This document shows positions 36,699 to 47,307 of a DNA stretch of 51,623 nt, piece by piece. Source of the stretch: Candidatus Latescibacterota bacterium (GTDB taxonomy: Bacteria; Latescibacterota; UBA2968; GCA-2709665); contig CAXXXF010000008.1 of NCBI GenBank assembly GCA_963667175.2, forward strand, positions 1 to 51,623, in the 5' to 3' direction. How positions within the stretch are numbered: position 1 is the stretch's first letter; each line of letters opens with the position of its first letter. Below the pieces are notes generated by a model. It was not told the DNA's origin and searched no databases. It saw only the letters and a list, made by a program, of their open reading frames with translations. Position numbers and translations under genes: made by a program.

Positions 36699-37688
36699 TC
36701 ACCCGCCGGTTCCGCCATCCCCGAGATGCACGCGCCCGCCCCGGTTCGCGGCCTCCTCCGCACCCAGTCCGATGCGAATGGCGTCGAGGGCCGTGTCCAG
36801 GTCTGCTCGCCATCCGTCCCGTCCGCCGCGCACTTCTTCCAGAAAGAGGCTTTCCAGCGACGTCTCCGTTCCAGGTGACGAAAGCTGTGCCTCATTGCCG
36901 TCAGCGGTGGAACGCCGCCAGCCCCCGCCCTCGTGGCGCATCGTCCCGTTCTCCAGCACGATCCGCTGGTACTGTTCGGCCTTCCCGATTGATATTCCGC
37001 CGGCCCACGTCCATTCGGCCGTGCCTCCGCCCGAAAACCCAACGACGACCCGGTTCACGAAGCGTCTGTACGTTCCGGCGTCGTCCATTCCCTCGTAATG
37101 GGCGTACCCTTCCACCCACGACGCGGGGCCGAACAGGTCGACCAGCGGGTAGACCTGATAGACGAAGAAGAGACTCGGCGGCCCCGACGCGGGGAGGTTG
37201 AACAGCACTTCCGGCCGCGCCCCTCTCCCCGGCGTCAGGCGCGTAAAAACCGCCGCCAGCAGACCGCCCAGCGAACCGACGGTCTCTTTGAGTTGCCGGT
37301 GGACGCCGGATACGACCTCCGGATGGGCCACGCGAAGGACGGTGCCCGTCTCCCGAGCCTGTTCGACCAGACCTTCTCCCTCGTCTACGCGACGCGCAAC
37401 GGGATATTCCAGAAAGACGGGTTTGCCGGCCTCCAGGGCGGCCCGCGCGATCGGACCGTGGCTGTCGTTATTGGTGCAGACCGCCACGGCGTCCACGTCG
37501 GATCGGCCGATCAGGTCCTCCCAGTTTCCCAGCAGCGGCAGTGAATGCCGCTCGGCCAGTTCCGCGCCCGTGCGCGGGTTCCGGGCGGCCAGGGCGGTCA
37601 ACCGGCATCCCTGTGTTTCCGTGAAGGCCCGTGCCCGGCCGTGCGCCATGCCGCCCGAACCGACCAGTCCCAACCGAATCGAATCCAT
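36699..37688 (-). CDS. Gfo/Idh/MocA family oxidoreductase
   Basis: GLVGSGGMA, DAVAVCT...H and ALEAGKPVFLEYP. Confidence 0.85.
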   Translation of the reverse strand: MDSIRLGLVGSGGMAHGRARAFTETQGCRLTALAARNPRTGAELAERHSLPLLGNWEDLIGRSDVDAVAVCTNNDSHGPIARAALEAGKPVFLEYPVARRVDEGEGLVEQARETGTVLRVAHPEVVSGVHRQLKETVGSLGGLLAAVFTRLTPGRGARPEVLFNLPASGPPSLFFVYQVYPLVDLFGPASWVEGYAHYEGMDDAGTYRRFVNRVVVGFSGGGTAEWTWAGGISIGKAEQYQRIVLENGTMRHEGGGWRRSTADGNEAQLSSPGTETSLESLFLEEVRGGRDGWRADLDTALDAIRIGLGAEEAANRGGRVHLGDGGTGG

Positions 37689-37789
37689 GGTTATATATCC
37701 CGGTTTTCCAGTTATTTAGAAGTATATGACGTCGCCCTCGCACCACAGTCACGGGATTGCTGATCCCGCGCGGATCGAGACGGGATCGT

Positions 37790-38971
37790 TCATCCCTCGG
37801 TTCGATTGTCGAACCGCTCGAGCAGGTCGCCGACGTCGGTGAGCGTCACCACTTCAACGTCGCTCCGGGACTGCCGCGTCGCGCCTCCATAGACCAATCC
37901 TCTGTCGGAGACCTGCGACAGGAGTCTTGCGACCCGATTCAGCGCGTCGAAATAATCGGATGCCACGGTCGCGCCGGATTTGATTTCAATTGCGCCGATT
38001 CGACTGCCCCGCTCGTAGAGAAGGTCGCACTCCAGACCGCGGGAATCGCGAAAAAATGAGAGATTGGAACGGCGACCTCGATTGAACAGAAACTTCATTG
38101 CCTCTGAGACGACGGCGTTTTCGAACAGCGCGCCGCGCAGAGGGTGGGTTGCAATCTGCCCCGCATGTTCGATGCCGATCAAATAGCTCGCCAGACCGAC
38201 GTCGTAGAAATAGAGCTTGGGTGACTTCGTCAGGCGTTTGCGTATGTTGGCGTAGAATGGCGGGAGCTGAAAGACAACATAGCTGGCTTCCAGAATCGAA
38301 AGCCACTCCCGCGCCGTGGTGTGCGAAACGCCCGCGTCCGCCCCCAGGGACGAGACATTGAGAAGTTGACCGACGCGCCCGGCGCACAGCCGCGCGAATC
38401 GACGAAAGCCGGAGAGATTGCGGACCTCACCCATGCGGCGCACGTCTCGCTCGACATAGGTTTCGAAATAGTCGCCGAGCGCCTGCCTGGGTTCGAGTCT
38501 CTGATCGTGAATCCGGGGGTAGCATCCGGAGTACAGGATGTCGTCGACCTCGCCGCTGGCGCCCGCGCGTCTCCGTTCATCCAGAGAGAATGGCAGAAGG
38601 CAAAGCAGCGCCGTACGACCCGCCAGGGATTGACTGATCGTATCGGAAATCCTGAACTGCTCGCTGCCTGTCAGGACGAACAGACTGTTTCGGCCTGTTT
38701 CGTCTGCCAGGACCTGGAGGTAGGAAAGGAGTTGCGGAACGCGCTGGATCTCGTCCAGAATAACCCCATCGCCGACGTGGGAAAGAAAACCCCGTGGATC
38801 GGACTCGGCGAAGAGACGTCGATCCGGCGCTTCCAGGTTGACGTACTCAAGATGGGGAAACGCGGCGCGGCAGAGCGTGGTCTTGCCCGACTGCCGCGGG
38901 CCGGTCACGGTGACAAAGGGGTACTGTTTGAATAGTGCGACCAGCCTGTCTGTAATCTCTCGAGTAACCAT
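37790..38971 (-). CDS. AAA_14 ATPase with DUF4143 domain
   Basis: GPRQSGKTT, ILDEIQR, LTGS, TYVERD, KSPKLYF.D.G and ECDL...IEIK. Confidence 0.9.
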   Translation of the reverse strand: MVTREITDRLVALFKQYPFVTVTGPRQSGKTTLCRAAFPHLEYVNLEAPDRRLFAESDPRGFLSHVGDGVILDEIQRVPQLLSYLQVLADETGRNSLFVLTGSEQFRISDTISQSLAGRTALLCLLPFSLDERRRAGASGEVDDILYSGCYPRIHDQRLEPRQALGDYFETYVERDVRRMGEVRNLSGFRRFARLCAGRVGQLLNVSSLGADAGVSHTTAREWLSILEASYVVFQLPPFYANIRKRLTKSPKLYFYDVGLASYLIGIEHAGQIATHPLRGALFENAVVSEAMKFLFNRGRRSNLSFFRDSRGLECDLLYERGSRIGAIEIKSGATVASDYFDALNRVARLLSQVSDRGLVYGGATRQSRSDVEVVTLTDVGDLLERFDNRTEG

Positions 38972-39268
38972 AGTATCAGCGAATGTACTGCGAAGATGTT
39001 AAATTTGCAAGTGATACTTTCAAATCTACCCATCGACGTTCCGGTATCTGGGGAACAGTTTCCCTTCAACGTCTCCAACCGGCAGATCCAGCCTTTCGTC
39101 TGTCGTCCTGCCGAATCTGCCTAACCTTTGTATTCCCTTCCGCCAAAATACACAACAATTGTATTGCCAACGCGCCGGACGGAGCGTAAGTTACGTGGGC
39201 AGTGCAGGCCGCAGTCGAGTGTGTACACCTAGAGCCATTGCGCGATAACCGTCAAAGAGGAAAGCCGG

Positions 39269-41230
39269 ATGACTTACGTTGTGGAGCGCCCCGCGGGCGC
39301 GGACCGGATCGATCATGAGATGCCGCTTTCGTCGTTCGACCCGAAAGACATTCTTGAGAAACTGGAACTGACAGGCGCGGGGCTGGAGGCGGTGAAACAC
39401 GCGGCCGATGCGGGCGACCGGTTGGGCGCCCTCACCGCGCTGCTGGACTATTACCGGGCGAAATACCCGCTGGAAGAACCTCACGGAGGAGGCAATCATA
39501 CAGAGGCGGACAAGATCTGCCGCCGCATCTTCCAATGGGGGCCGTACGAAGAGGCGCAGTACGGCGAGGATATGGACTGGGAGTGGGACCCGCCCGGGGA
39601 TATCGAATGGGTATGCGTCCTCTATCGTTTCTATTGGGCCGCGCCGCTCGTCAACGCCTATGCGGCTACGCGCGATGAAAAGTACGCGCGGGCATTCGTC
39701 GAGCTGGCGACCGACTGGATATCGAGACATCCGCTCGAAAAACACACCAGAACCCATCCCGTTTACAAATTCTGGAAGGGATTCGCCTGGCTGGATCTGC
39801 AGACGGGCATCCGGGCGACGAATATCTGCGCGGCGTTTCGCGGCCTGGTGCAGGCCGAGGCGTTCACGCCGGAGTTTCTGGGCGTGCTGCTCGCGAGCCT
39901 GTACGACCACCAGACGAAGACAAAGCTGATTCCGATGGGCCTCATCCACAACAAGGCCGTGTTCGAGCAGCGCGGATTCATCAACGTCGCGTACACGTTC
40001 AGCGAGTTCCGGGAGTCTCGCGAGTGGATGGCGCTGGGGCTGGCGCGCGTCGAAGAAAACATCCTGGGGCAGACAACGGGGGACGGGGTGCAGAGAGAGT
40101 GGTCCTTCGGCTATCACCAGGGCGTTTTGAGGGACGCCGTGGAAATCTTCGGTCGCCTGGACGCGTTCGACATCGAGATCCCGGAGGCGTTCCTGGAGCG
40201 TGTCCGAAAGATGTACGACTACATCTTCTGGATCGCAACGCCGGACCTGGGTCCGCCCATGTTCGGGGACGGCTCGCGTCCGTTGATAACCACGGACGTC
40301 CGGACAGAGTGGCCGCTCTACGACGAACTGGTGAAGGCGACCGAATTGCTGGGCGATCCCAAATACGCGGCCCGTGCGAACCTGCACCGCGAAGCCCTGC
40401 CGGACCGAAAGAGCCACGCGTTCACGGAGGCCGGATTCTACGTGATGCGCAACGCCTGGGGACCCGACCAGATCTACGCGGCCCTGCACTGTTCTCCGTC
40501 CGCGATTTCGAGTCACGATCAGCCCGATAACGGAACTTTCGAATTGTACGCGTACGGCCGCTGGCTGATGCCCGACACGGGCTTCTATACCTATGGACGG
40601 GACGGGGAGGCGCGCGCCTGGCACCGGCGGACCTCGGTGCATCAGACCCTGACCCTGGATGGCGGGGATATCGCCGACGACGCGCGCCACCTGATGTGGG
40701 TCTCCGAAGGGTCCGGCTCAGACGTCCTGGCGGTGGAGAACGGGTCGTATCCCGGACTGACGCACCGTCGCTCGGTCTGGTTCGTGGACAGGTGTTTCTT
40801 CGTGTTGCTGGACGAGGCGATCGGTGGCGCGTCCGGTCAGCTGGATCTTCACTTTCAGTTCGCGCCGGGAGACGTCACGTTCGACAATGGGAGAAGCCGG
40901 GCGTTCACGGGATTTGACGACGCCAACGTTCTGGTGCAGGCCGCAGAGGGAGCTCCGGCGACCGTGGTCGAAGAGACTGGCTGGTTCGCCTGGGAGTACG
41001 GGTACCGCACGTCGCGCAAGGCGTTCCGGTTCGCGCTGGACAACCAGGCGCCCGCGGTTTTCGCGACGATGGTCGTTCCCTACCGCGGCACGGAGCCGCC
41101 GGCGGTTTCGGCCGAATTGCCCGCGGGCGTACGGGCTGGTGACGATCGCGTGGAAATGACGGTCACCGTGTCGGGAAAGACATGGCGGGTGGGAAGAGAC
41201 CTGGCTTCCGGCGAGGGGTGGGCGCGTTGA
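39269..41230 (+). CDS. Heparinase II/III-like polysaccharide lyase
   Basis: DG.QREWS.GYH, P.FGD, GFYVMR, H.QPDNGTFEL, D.G.Y.Y and H.TL. Confidence 0.85.
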   Translation: MTYVVERPAGADRIDHEMPLSSFDPKDILEKLELTGAGLEAVKHAADAGDRLGALTALLDYYRAKYPLEEPHGGGNHTEADKICRRIFQWGPYEEAQYGEDMDWEWDPPGDIEWVCVLYRFYWAAPLVNAYAATRDEKYARAFVELATDWISRHPLEKHTRTHPVYKFWKGFAWLDLQTGIRATNICAAFRGLVQAEAFTPEFLGVLLASLYDHQTKTKLIPMGLIHNKAVFEQRGFINVAYTFSEFRESREWMALGLARVEENILGQTTGDGVQREWSFGYHQGVLRDAVEIFGRLDAFDIEIPEAFLERVRKMYDYIFWIATPDLGPPMFGDGSRPLITTDVRTEWPLYDELVKATELLGDPKYAARANLHREALPDRKSHAFTEAGFYVMRNAWGPDQIYAALHCSPSAISSHDQPDNGTFELYAYGRWLMPDTGFYTYGRDGEARAWHRRTSVHQTLTLDGGDIADDARHLMWVSEGSGSDVLAVENGSYPGLTHRRSVWFVDRCFFVLLDEAIGGASGQLDLHFQFAPGDVTFDNGRSRAFTGFDDANVLVQAAEGAPATVVEETGWFAWEYGYRTSRKAFRFALDNQAPAVFATMVVPYRGTEPPAVSAELPAGVRAGDDRVEMTVTVSGKTWRVGRDLASGEGWAR

Positions 41231-41937
41231 CCGGCGGATTTCAGACGTTCGGGCCGCCGCATCTGGTTGCGATGGCGTTGACGGTGGCACTGCCGGCGCT
41301 GCTTTCGCTGATCGCGAAACGGACAGACCCACGGACGGCCGCCACCATCGGCTTTGTGCTGGCAGTCCTCCTCCTTGGCAACGAATTGATCCACTGGGGC
41401 TTCCGGATCACCGGCTATGGTCTCGATATCTTCCTTCGATATTTCCTGCCTCTCCATCTGTGCGGTATCGCGATCTTTCTGACGTCGATCACCCTGTTGT
41501 TTCGCAACCAGAAGGTGTACGAAATCGCCTACTTCTGGGGCCTGGTCGGGTCGGCGAACGCGGTGATCACGCCGGGCAACCTGGCGGTTGACTATCCACA
41601 GTACCGGTTCTTCCAGTATTTCATCTCGCATTCGGGCATTGTTGCGGGGGTCCTGTTCGCCACGTGGGGCCTGAACATGCGGCCGACGCTGAACGGGCTC
41701 TTCAGAGCGTTTGTCGGGCTTCACGTGTTGGCGGCGGTGGTCGCGGTTGTCAATTACCTATGCGTTTCGAATTACATGTACCTTTCCGAACCCCCATGGG
41801 GCACGGTATCGCCCTTCTTCTTCCTTCCTTGGCCCTGGTACCTCGTTGTGCTCGACGTCGTCGGACTGGCCATGTTTTCCCTTGTCTATGCTCCTTTTCC
41901 TATCGCCAGGTCGTGGGATTCCCGTAGACGACGCTGA
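41227..41937 (+). CDS. TIGR02206/YwaF-like integral membrane protein
   Basis: LPLHLC, YFWG..G...A.ITP, F.SH, NYMYL and PWPWY; TTG start overlaps the upstream stop. Confidence 0.8.
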   Translation: MTGGFQTFGPPHLVAMALTVALPALLSLIAKRTDPRTAATIGFVLAVLLLGNELIHWGFRITGYGLDIFLRYFLPLHLCGIAIFLTSITLLFRNQKVYEIAYFWGLVGSANAVITPGNLAVDYPQYRFFQYFISHSGIVAGVLFATWGLNMRPTLNGLFRAFVGLHVLAAVVAVVNYLCVSNYMYLSEPPWGTVSPFFFLPWPWYLVVLDVVGLAMFSLVYAPFPIARSWDSRRRR

Positions 41938-42003
41938 CCCGGGAGGTCGACCGGCCTTACGGCAAGCACGTCCGCCATCCTCTTCCAGGATAGATACATC
42001 CCG

Positions 42004-43674
42004 CTATCCGGTCCCGTGTGCCCGCAACGTCCCGGCAATCGCCGCGTGTCCCCGCTTCTCCGCCCACGCGAAAGGCCGCGCCCAGGGATGCTCGCGGGGC
42101 AGGCCGGCGTCCGCGCCGCGCGCGAGGAGAAACTCGACCATTGGCGCATGGCCCGCCCGGCACGCCAGGCCGAGGGGCGTCGCGCAGTATTCCGGTTCTA
42201 TTGCGTTGATTTTCGCGCCGTAGTCGAGCAGAAGGCCGGCTCTTTGAACGTCGCCCTCGTGCGCGATCATATGGAGAGACGAGATCCCCTGCCAGTTCCT
42301 GTGGTTGGGATCTGCCCCTTTATCGAGGAAGAATTTCGCGGTTTCGTAGACCCGGAAGAACCCTCCGTGATTCTCGTCGGTTACGGCGGCGCCGTGTTTC
42401 AGCAGAAGTTTCACCATCTTCAGCCTGCCGCGCCGAGCGGGATTTCCCAGCGGCGCGTTCGCGATCTCTTCAGGTTTTCGCGTGAGAATTTCGTCCACCG
42501 CTGCTAGGTCGTTGGCGTTTACCGCCCCGCGGATGGGCGGGATGATATCCGTCCTGCCCCCGTGTGATTTCATCAATTCATAGAGCTCCGGGTGCTTTCT
42601 TGCATGAACGAATGCCGTACCCGTCGAGTCCACGTTGCCGTTCGGGTCGGCGCCGTGTTGCAGGAGCAGTTCGGCGGTGGCGATATGGCCGTGAAATACG
42701 GCCTCCAGCAGGGCTTTGCCGCGGGGCGCATCCGGTTCCGGCGCGTTCGGATCGGCGCCTCTTTCAAGCAGAAGCTCCACGATATCGTGGTGGCCCCGGC
42801 CGGCTGCGATGGATATGGGCGGCCGGTCGCACGTGTCGCGAAAATTGGCAAGGGAGGGATCCGCGTCCAGAAACTCCCGGACGCGCCGGGTGTCGCCGAA
42901 CGCGGCGGCCACCAGAATATTGTAGTCCGCGCCCCGGCCGACCAGATAACCCGCCAGCGCCGCTTTTTTCCGTATCAGAATCCTGTCCCGCCATCCGGCG
43001 TAGAGCGCCACGTGGATTGGCTTCCGGCCTACGCTGAAACCCGTGCCGGCCTGGGCTTGAATTTCTGCGCCGTTGTCCAGGAGCAGTCGTGTTGCGTGGA
43101 AGTCGCCAATTTCAACCGCCTCGTGGAGGGCGGTGGTCCCGTTCGCGTTGCTCATTTTGACACGTTCGGGCGAACTCCGGACGATGCGCGCCGTTTTCTC
43201 GTAGTCGCGCGCGCGAACGGCATCGATGAGTTCGTTCGCGAGGGGCTCGGTCTCCCGGGTGTAACCCCCGCTCTTTCTGCTGATGGCCTCTTCGAGGATG
43301 CTGACGACTTCACCATGTTCCCGGTCCGCCGCCAGGTCGACCAGCGAATCGTGGAAGATCCGGGTCCGATAGAACGGGCTCGCGCCCTTATCCAGAAGGA
43401 AACGCACGACGTCCGCGTGTCCCTCTCGAACCGCGAACTTGATGGGCTGCGTGTAGTAGTGGACGCAGTGGACCAGGTCGGGGTTGCGCTCGACAAGCTT
43501 TCGAATCGAATTCAGTTCGCCCCGTATCGTCGCCATGAACATCGCCCACACCTCCGCGCCCGTGCCCTTCTTTCGCACGTCGTCGGCTGAAGCTTCCAGT
43601 TCCCGGGGCTTGTTCATTCGCGAAATGACCCATTCGGCATGGGCGCCATCCGGTTTAACGACGTTGTTCTTCAT
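42004..43674 (-). CDS. Ankyrin repeat protein (paralog of 33845-35506)
   Basis: Multiple ankyrin repeats; shared C-terminus W..P.AWAE.RGH..IA..LR. Confidence 0.88.
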   Translation of the reverse strand: MKNNVVKPDGAHAEWVISRMNKPRELEASADDVRKKGTGAEVWAMFMATIRGELNSIRKLVERNPDLVHCVHYYTQPIKFAVREGHADVVRFLLDKGASPFYRTRIFHDSLVDLAADREHGEVVSILEEAISRKSGGYTRETEPLANELIDAVRARDYEKTARIVRSSPERVKMSNANGTTALHEAVEIGDFHATRLLLDNGAEIQAQAGTGFSVGRKPIHVALYAGWRDRILIRKKAALAGYLVGRGADYNILVAAAFGDTRRVREFLDADPSLANFRDTCDRPPISIAAGRGHHDIVELLLERGADPNAPEPDAPRGKALLEAVFHGHIATAELLLQHGADPNGNVDSTGTAFVHARKHPELYELMKSHGGRTDIIPPIRGAVNANDLAAVDEILTRKPEEIANAPLGNPARRGRLKMVKLLLKHGAAVTDENHGGFFRVYETAKFFLDKGADPNHRNWQGISSLHMIAHEGDVQRAGLLLDYGAKINAIEPEYCATPLGLACRAGHAPMVEFLLARGADAGLPREHPWARPFAWAEKRGHAAIAGTLRAHGTG

Positions 43675-43715
43675 TTCATGAATCCTCCTGCGGGTTCAAT
43701 TCATCCGGCGTTCCG

Positions 43716-44252
43716 TTATTCTGTCTCCACGGTTCTCAGTTCCGGAACCAGCGCGCCGTCCGGGGATCGGGTGATGAAGCCCATGGACACCGGAAGCCTG
43801 AAACGTCGGGGCCCGATGCTGCCGGGATTCAGGCAGCAGGTCGATCCGGACATGCTGATTTTAGGGACGTGAGAATGGCCGCACACCACCAGATCGAAAC
43901 CCGCGACTTCCGCTTCTTGGAGAATGTGCGTCACGAGAATCCGGCGCATGCCGGCGGACAGCACGAGGTTTTCGGGCAGGTCGCTGCAAGGGGGCGCCAG
44001 GTCGACGTTGCCGCGCACCGCGTGCACCGGCGCGATTCGTTCCAATTGCTCCAGGACGGAAATCTTCCCCACGTCGCCGGCGTGGACGATCGCGTGGACG
44101 CCCTTGAGGAGTTCCAGCACTTCCGGTCTCATAAGTCCGTGGGAGTCGGCAACGACCCCCAGGCGATCGCCGGGCCGAAGCCGTGGATCGCCCGCGTGAG
44201 CCGGGCGCGATTGGGATTTCCCCGGGGGCGACGAAGGTGTATTTTGCATCAA
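43716..44252 (-). CDS. YfcE-like metallophosphoesterase
   Basis: ADSHG, HAGD, RGNVD, GHSH.P and NPGS. Confidence 0.88.
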   Translation of the reverse strand: MMQNTPSSPPGKSQSRPAHAGDPRLRPGDRLGVVADSHGLMRPEVLELLKGVHAIVHAGDVGKISVLEQLERIAPVHAVRGNVDLAPPCSDLPENLVLSAGMRRILVTHILQEAEVAGFDLVVCGHSHVPKISMSGSTCCLNPGSIGPRRFRLPVSMGFITRSPDGALVPELRTVETE

Positions 44253-44418
44253 AGGGTCGACCGCGTCAGGTTACAAACTTTCCGAAGTTCTTGAAACAGG
44301 ATCGTTTCCGCTGTCTTCGAAAACTATGGGGCGTCCCGTCCGCTGTCCAGTTGAATCTGGACGCATACCGGACGACTGCCCGGCTCATGTGACTTCGATA
44401 CAGGAGAGATAGGATACA

Positions 44419-45165
44419 ATGCCCGAAAACGCGCTCATGCAGCCGGCGCTGGAGGTTTTCGCCCGCGGCTTCAGCTTTACGAGGAGCTTTACGCATCCAT
44501 ATCCCGCGAGCCGGGAGGGTCCCGTCTGGGTGGTGAGGGATGCGCCCAGAAAACGAGGGACGTATCGCAGGGAGGAGTGGATCGCCCATGGCGTGGATGC
44601 CGGCGAGATCGACAGGGTGGCAAAGGAGAACACTCGCGGCCGGTTCGGCATCAGCGCGATCTGCGCCGAGGGTGAATCCGACGCAGGGATGCGGGCGGAC
44701 TTCAAAGCGCTCAACTACCGTCTGAATTCAACCGAACCGGTTATGGTGCATCGTCTGCGGCGCATACCCCGTGCCGTGGATCCACTGCCCATCGAGCGCG
44801 TTCTCACCGCCGAACTGGCGGACAGATTGAACCGTACCACCCGTGTCCGGCAGATTCTGCCGGAACATCTTTCCCCAGGCGCACCGCTCAGGCAATACGT
44901 CGCGCTCGAAGACAATGAGCCCGTGGGCTGGGTCCAGAGCATCGTCGTGGATTCCGCAACGTGGTGTTCGAACATGCACGTGGCCCCAGCGGCCCGGCGC
45001 AGGGGGATCGGCCGGGCATTGATGTGCAGAATGCTTCGCGACGACCGGTCGAACGGTTCGCAGCTGGCCGTTCTGACCGCGACCCACACGGGCGCATTGC
45101 TGTACGCGTCGATCGGCTACGAACAGATCGGGACCCTGCTGTTCTACACGCCGAAGAAGCGATAA
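44419..45165 (+). CDS. GNAT family acetyltransferase
   Basis: V.P..RRRGIGRAL and LY.SIGY. Confidence 0.82.
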   Translation: MPENALMQPALEVFARGFSFTRSFTHPYPASREGPVWVVRDAPRKRGTYRREEWIAHGVDAGEIDRVAKENTRGRFGISAICAEGESDAGMRADFKALNYRLNSTEPVMVHRLRRIPRAVDPLPIERVLTAELADRLNRTTRVRQILPEHLSPGAPLRQYVALEDNEPVGWVQSIVVDSATWCSNMHVAPAARRRGIGRALMCRMLRDDRSNGSQLAVLTATHTGALLYASIGYEQIGTLLFYTPKKR

Positions 45166-45195
45166 ACAGCCAGTCTCCAGACAGAAAGGGAACGG

Positions 45196-45735
45196 ATGAC
45201 AAGGAAGCAGAAAATCGCGCAATTGCTGGACGAGGCATGGAAGACGAGGGGAGACGCGGATTACGAACGCGGCAGGCGGCTCGTGGACGAAGCGGCGGGG
45301 CTCTGCCGCGAAGGCGACTACGAATCTCTGGGCAGGGTCGCGCACGTGTACGGGCAATTCGAGAGGGACCAGGGGAACCGGGAGGGCGCCCTCCACTTCT
45401 ACCAGGAGGGATACAACCACTACGTGGCAGGGAACCATGCCGAAAAGATGGCGCATTCGCTTCGTCACGTCGCGGACGTCCGCAGGGATCTCGGCGACGC
45501 GGCCGTTGCGGAACGGGATTTCCGGCTGGCAATACAGATGTACCGCGATCTCGACCCCACACCGGCGCACTCCCTCGCGAATGCGCTCCGTGGTTTCGCC
45601 ATGCTTCTTGAACGCATTGGCAAGAACGAGGAAGCGCTGCGCGCCTTCGAGGAAGCCCACCGGCGATACGTGCAGGTCGGCAACGCGCCGGGCATCGCAG
45701 AGATGGGGCGTAAAGTGAAGCAGTTTCGGGAATAG
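45196..45735 (+). CDS. Tetratricopeptide repeat protein
   Basis: Helical repeats such as G...EAL..FEEA...Y. Confidence 0.7.
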   Translation: MTRKQKIAQLLDEAWKTRGDADYERGRRLVDEAAGLCREGDYESLGRVAHVYGQFERDQGNREGALHFYQEGYNHYVAGNHAEKMAHSLRHVADVRRDLGDAAVAERDFRLAIQMYRDLDPTPAHSLANALRGFAMLLERIGKNEEALRAFEEAHRRYVQVGNAPGIAEMGRKVKQFRE

Positions 45736-45800
45736 AGAATCACCACCGCGTTCACGGCGCCAAATTACGCATCTTCATTTCCGAATACCTCGCTGGCCGT

Positions 45801-45861
45801 GTAGGGGCGTCCCTTGTTGGCCTGCCTACAGCGCAGTACGCTACGCAGGCAGGCGCCCTTC
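45801..45861. repeat. REP-like hairpin between convergent genes
   Basis: GTAGGGGCG...CCTGCCTAC..GCAGGCAGG-CGCCCTTC. Confidence 0.45.
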
Positions 45862-45904
45862 TTTGCTCAGCCACGTCATCTCCCGTTGCCGCTCCGCATC
45901 CGCG

Positions 45905-47287
45905 TCAAATGACCGTCTGCTTCCACGCGCCCTTCCGATATCGAGTCCAGGCCAGGATTCCCTGTGCGACCCCGCCGATGAACCAGGCGATCCAGATACC
46001 TGCGGCATCCATATCCACCAGAAACGCCAGGACGTAAGAGAGCGGCAGCATCACCATCCACTGCGCCACAATCGTATAGTAGAGCAGGGGCTTGGTCTCA
46101 CCGCCGCCGGCCAGGACGCCCCCGGCGACGATGGACAGCGCGGAGAAGACCTGTGCGACCGTAAAATACAGGAGCATCACGGTTCCCATGTCGATCACCG
46201 CCGCGGAATCCGTGAACAGGTCGACGATCTCCCGGGCGAAGACGCAGATGAGGACGGCGCAGACGGTGATGAACGTCATGCACAGCCGGATCGTGTTTGA
46301 TGCGAAGCGCTCGGCTTCGCGGATCTGACTCGCGCCCAATCGTTGCCCGACCAGCGCGGTGCCCGCCACGGAAAACGCCAGGGCCGGCATGATGCCGATC
46401 ATTCGCATCTGCAGGCCGATGGTGAGCGCGGCCGTTGCAGCGGTGGGCCGGCTCGTCCATCCCACGACGCGATAGATCAGAATCCGCGCGCCGTTGCGGA
46501 AGAAGCCCTGAACCCCCGTCGGCACGCCAATGCGCATCATCCGACCGATGATGTCCCGGTTGAACGGCAGCCGCCAGTTCCAACGCATATGGACCCGCGC
46601 CCGTCCGGACGTGAGCAGGTACACGCCGATGGCGCAGCCGACGGCCCGACAGACGACACTGCCGAGCGCCGCGCCTGTCACGCCCAGTTGCGGCAGTCCC
46701 CACGCCCCGAAGATCAGACCGTAGGAGAGCGGAATCTTCAGACAGATGATGAGACACGAGATCTTCAACGGCGTCCGGGTATCCCCCGCGCCGCCGAAGA
46801 TTCCGGCGATGATGAAGTTGGGCATCATGAAGACGATGCCGGCGAAGTAGACGCGCATGAACGGCACGGCGTGGGCGAGCACGTCCTCCTGCGCGCCCAG
46901 CAGCACCAGGGCCGGCCGGGCGATTGCGCTCCCGGCGAGAGCCAGCCCCCCCGAAAGCAGGACGCCCATGAGGATAGCCTGCTGTGCCGTATGGCTGAGG
47001 TCGGCGTGCCTGCCCGCGCCGTAGAATTGCGCGACCAGGGTGCGGGACCCGGTGCTGACCGATATCGCCATGACCATGATCACGAACAGGATCTGCCGAC
47101 TCAGCCCCACCGCTGATATCGCGGCCGGACCCAGTTGCCCTACCATGGAAATGTCGACGAGCCCCTCCATGGCGTCCAGCATCGACGCCGCCACCACCGG
47201 CCACGCGATCGCCCAGACCTGCGGGAGCACCGGCGCCGGGTCGGGTGGGTCGGTATCGGGATGGGAGGGTGATTGCGGGCGGGACAT
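45905..47287 (-). CDS. MATE family efflux transporter
   Basis: D..MVGQLG..AI.AVG, VAQFYGAG, GDTRTPL, LGV.GAA and VGQRLGA. Confidence 0.92.
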   Translation of the reverse strand: MSRPQSPSHPDTDPPDPAPVLPQVWAIAWPVVAASMLDAMEGLVDISMVGQLGPAAISAVGLSRQILFVIMVMAISVSTGSRTLVAQFYGAGRHADLSHTAQQAILMGVLLSGGLALAGSAIARPALVLLGAQEDVLAHAVPFMRVYFAGIVFMMPNFIIAGIFGGAGDTRTPLKISCLIICLKIPLSYGLIFGAWGLPQLGVTGAALGSVVCRAVGCAIGVYLLTSGRARVHMRWNWRLPFNRDIIGRMMRIGVPTGVQGFFRNGARILIYRVVGWTSRPTAATAALTIGLQMRMIGIMPALAFSVAGTALVGQRLGASQIREAERFASNTIRLCMTFITVCAVLICVFAREIVDLFTDSAAVIDMGTVMLLYFTVAQVFSALSIVAGGVLAGGGETKPLLYYTIVAQWMVMLPLSYVLAFLVDMDAAGIWIAWFIGGVAQGILAWTRYRKGAWKQTVI

Positions 47288-47307
47288 AGGTGGGTTGGGG
47301 ACGTCGC

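Noticed and set aside
36584-37042. N-terminal 153 aa of the 1065-aa ORF
   Set aside because: It overlaps the Gfo/Idh/MocA gene in another frame. The signal peptide indicates a start near 36583.
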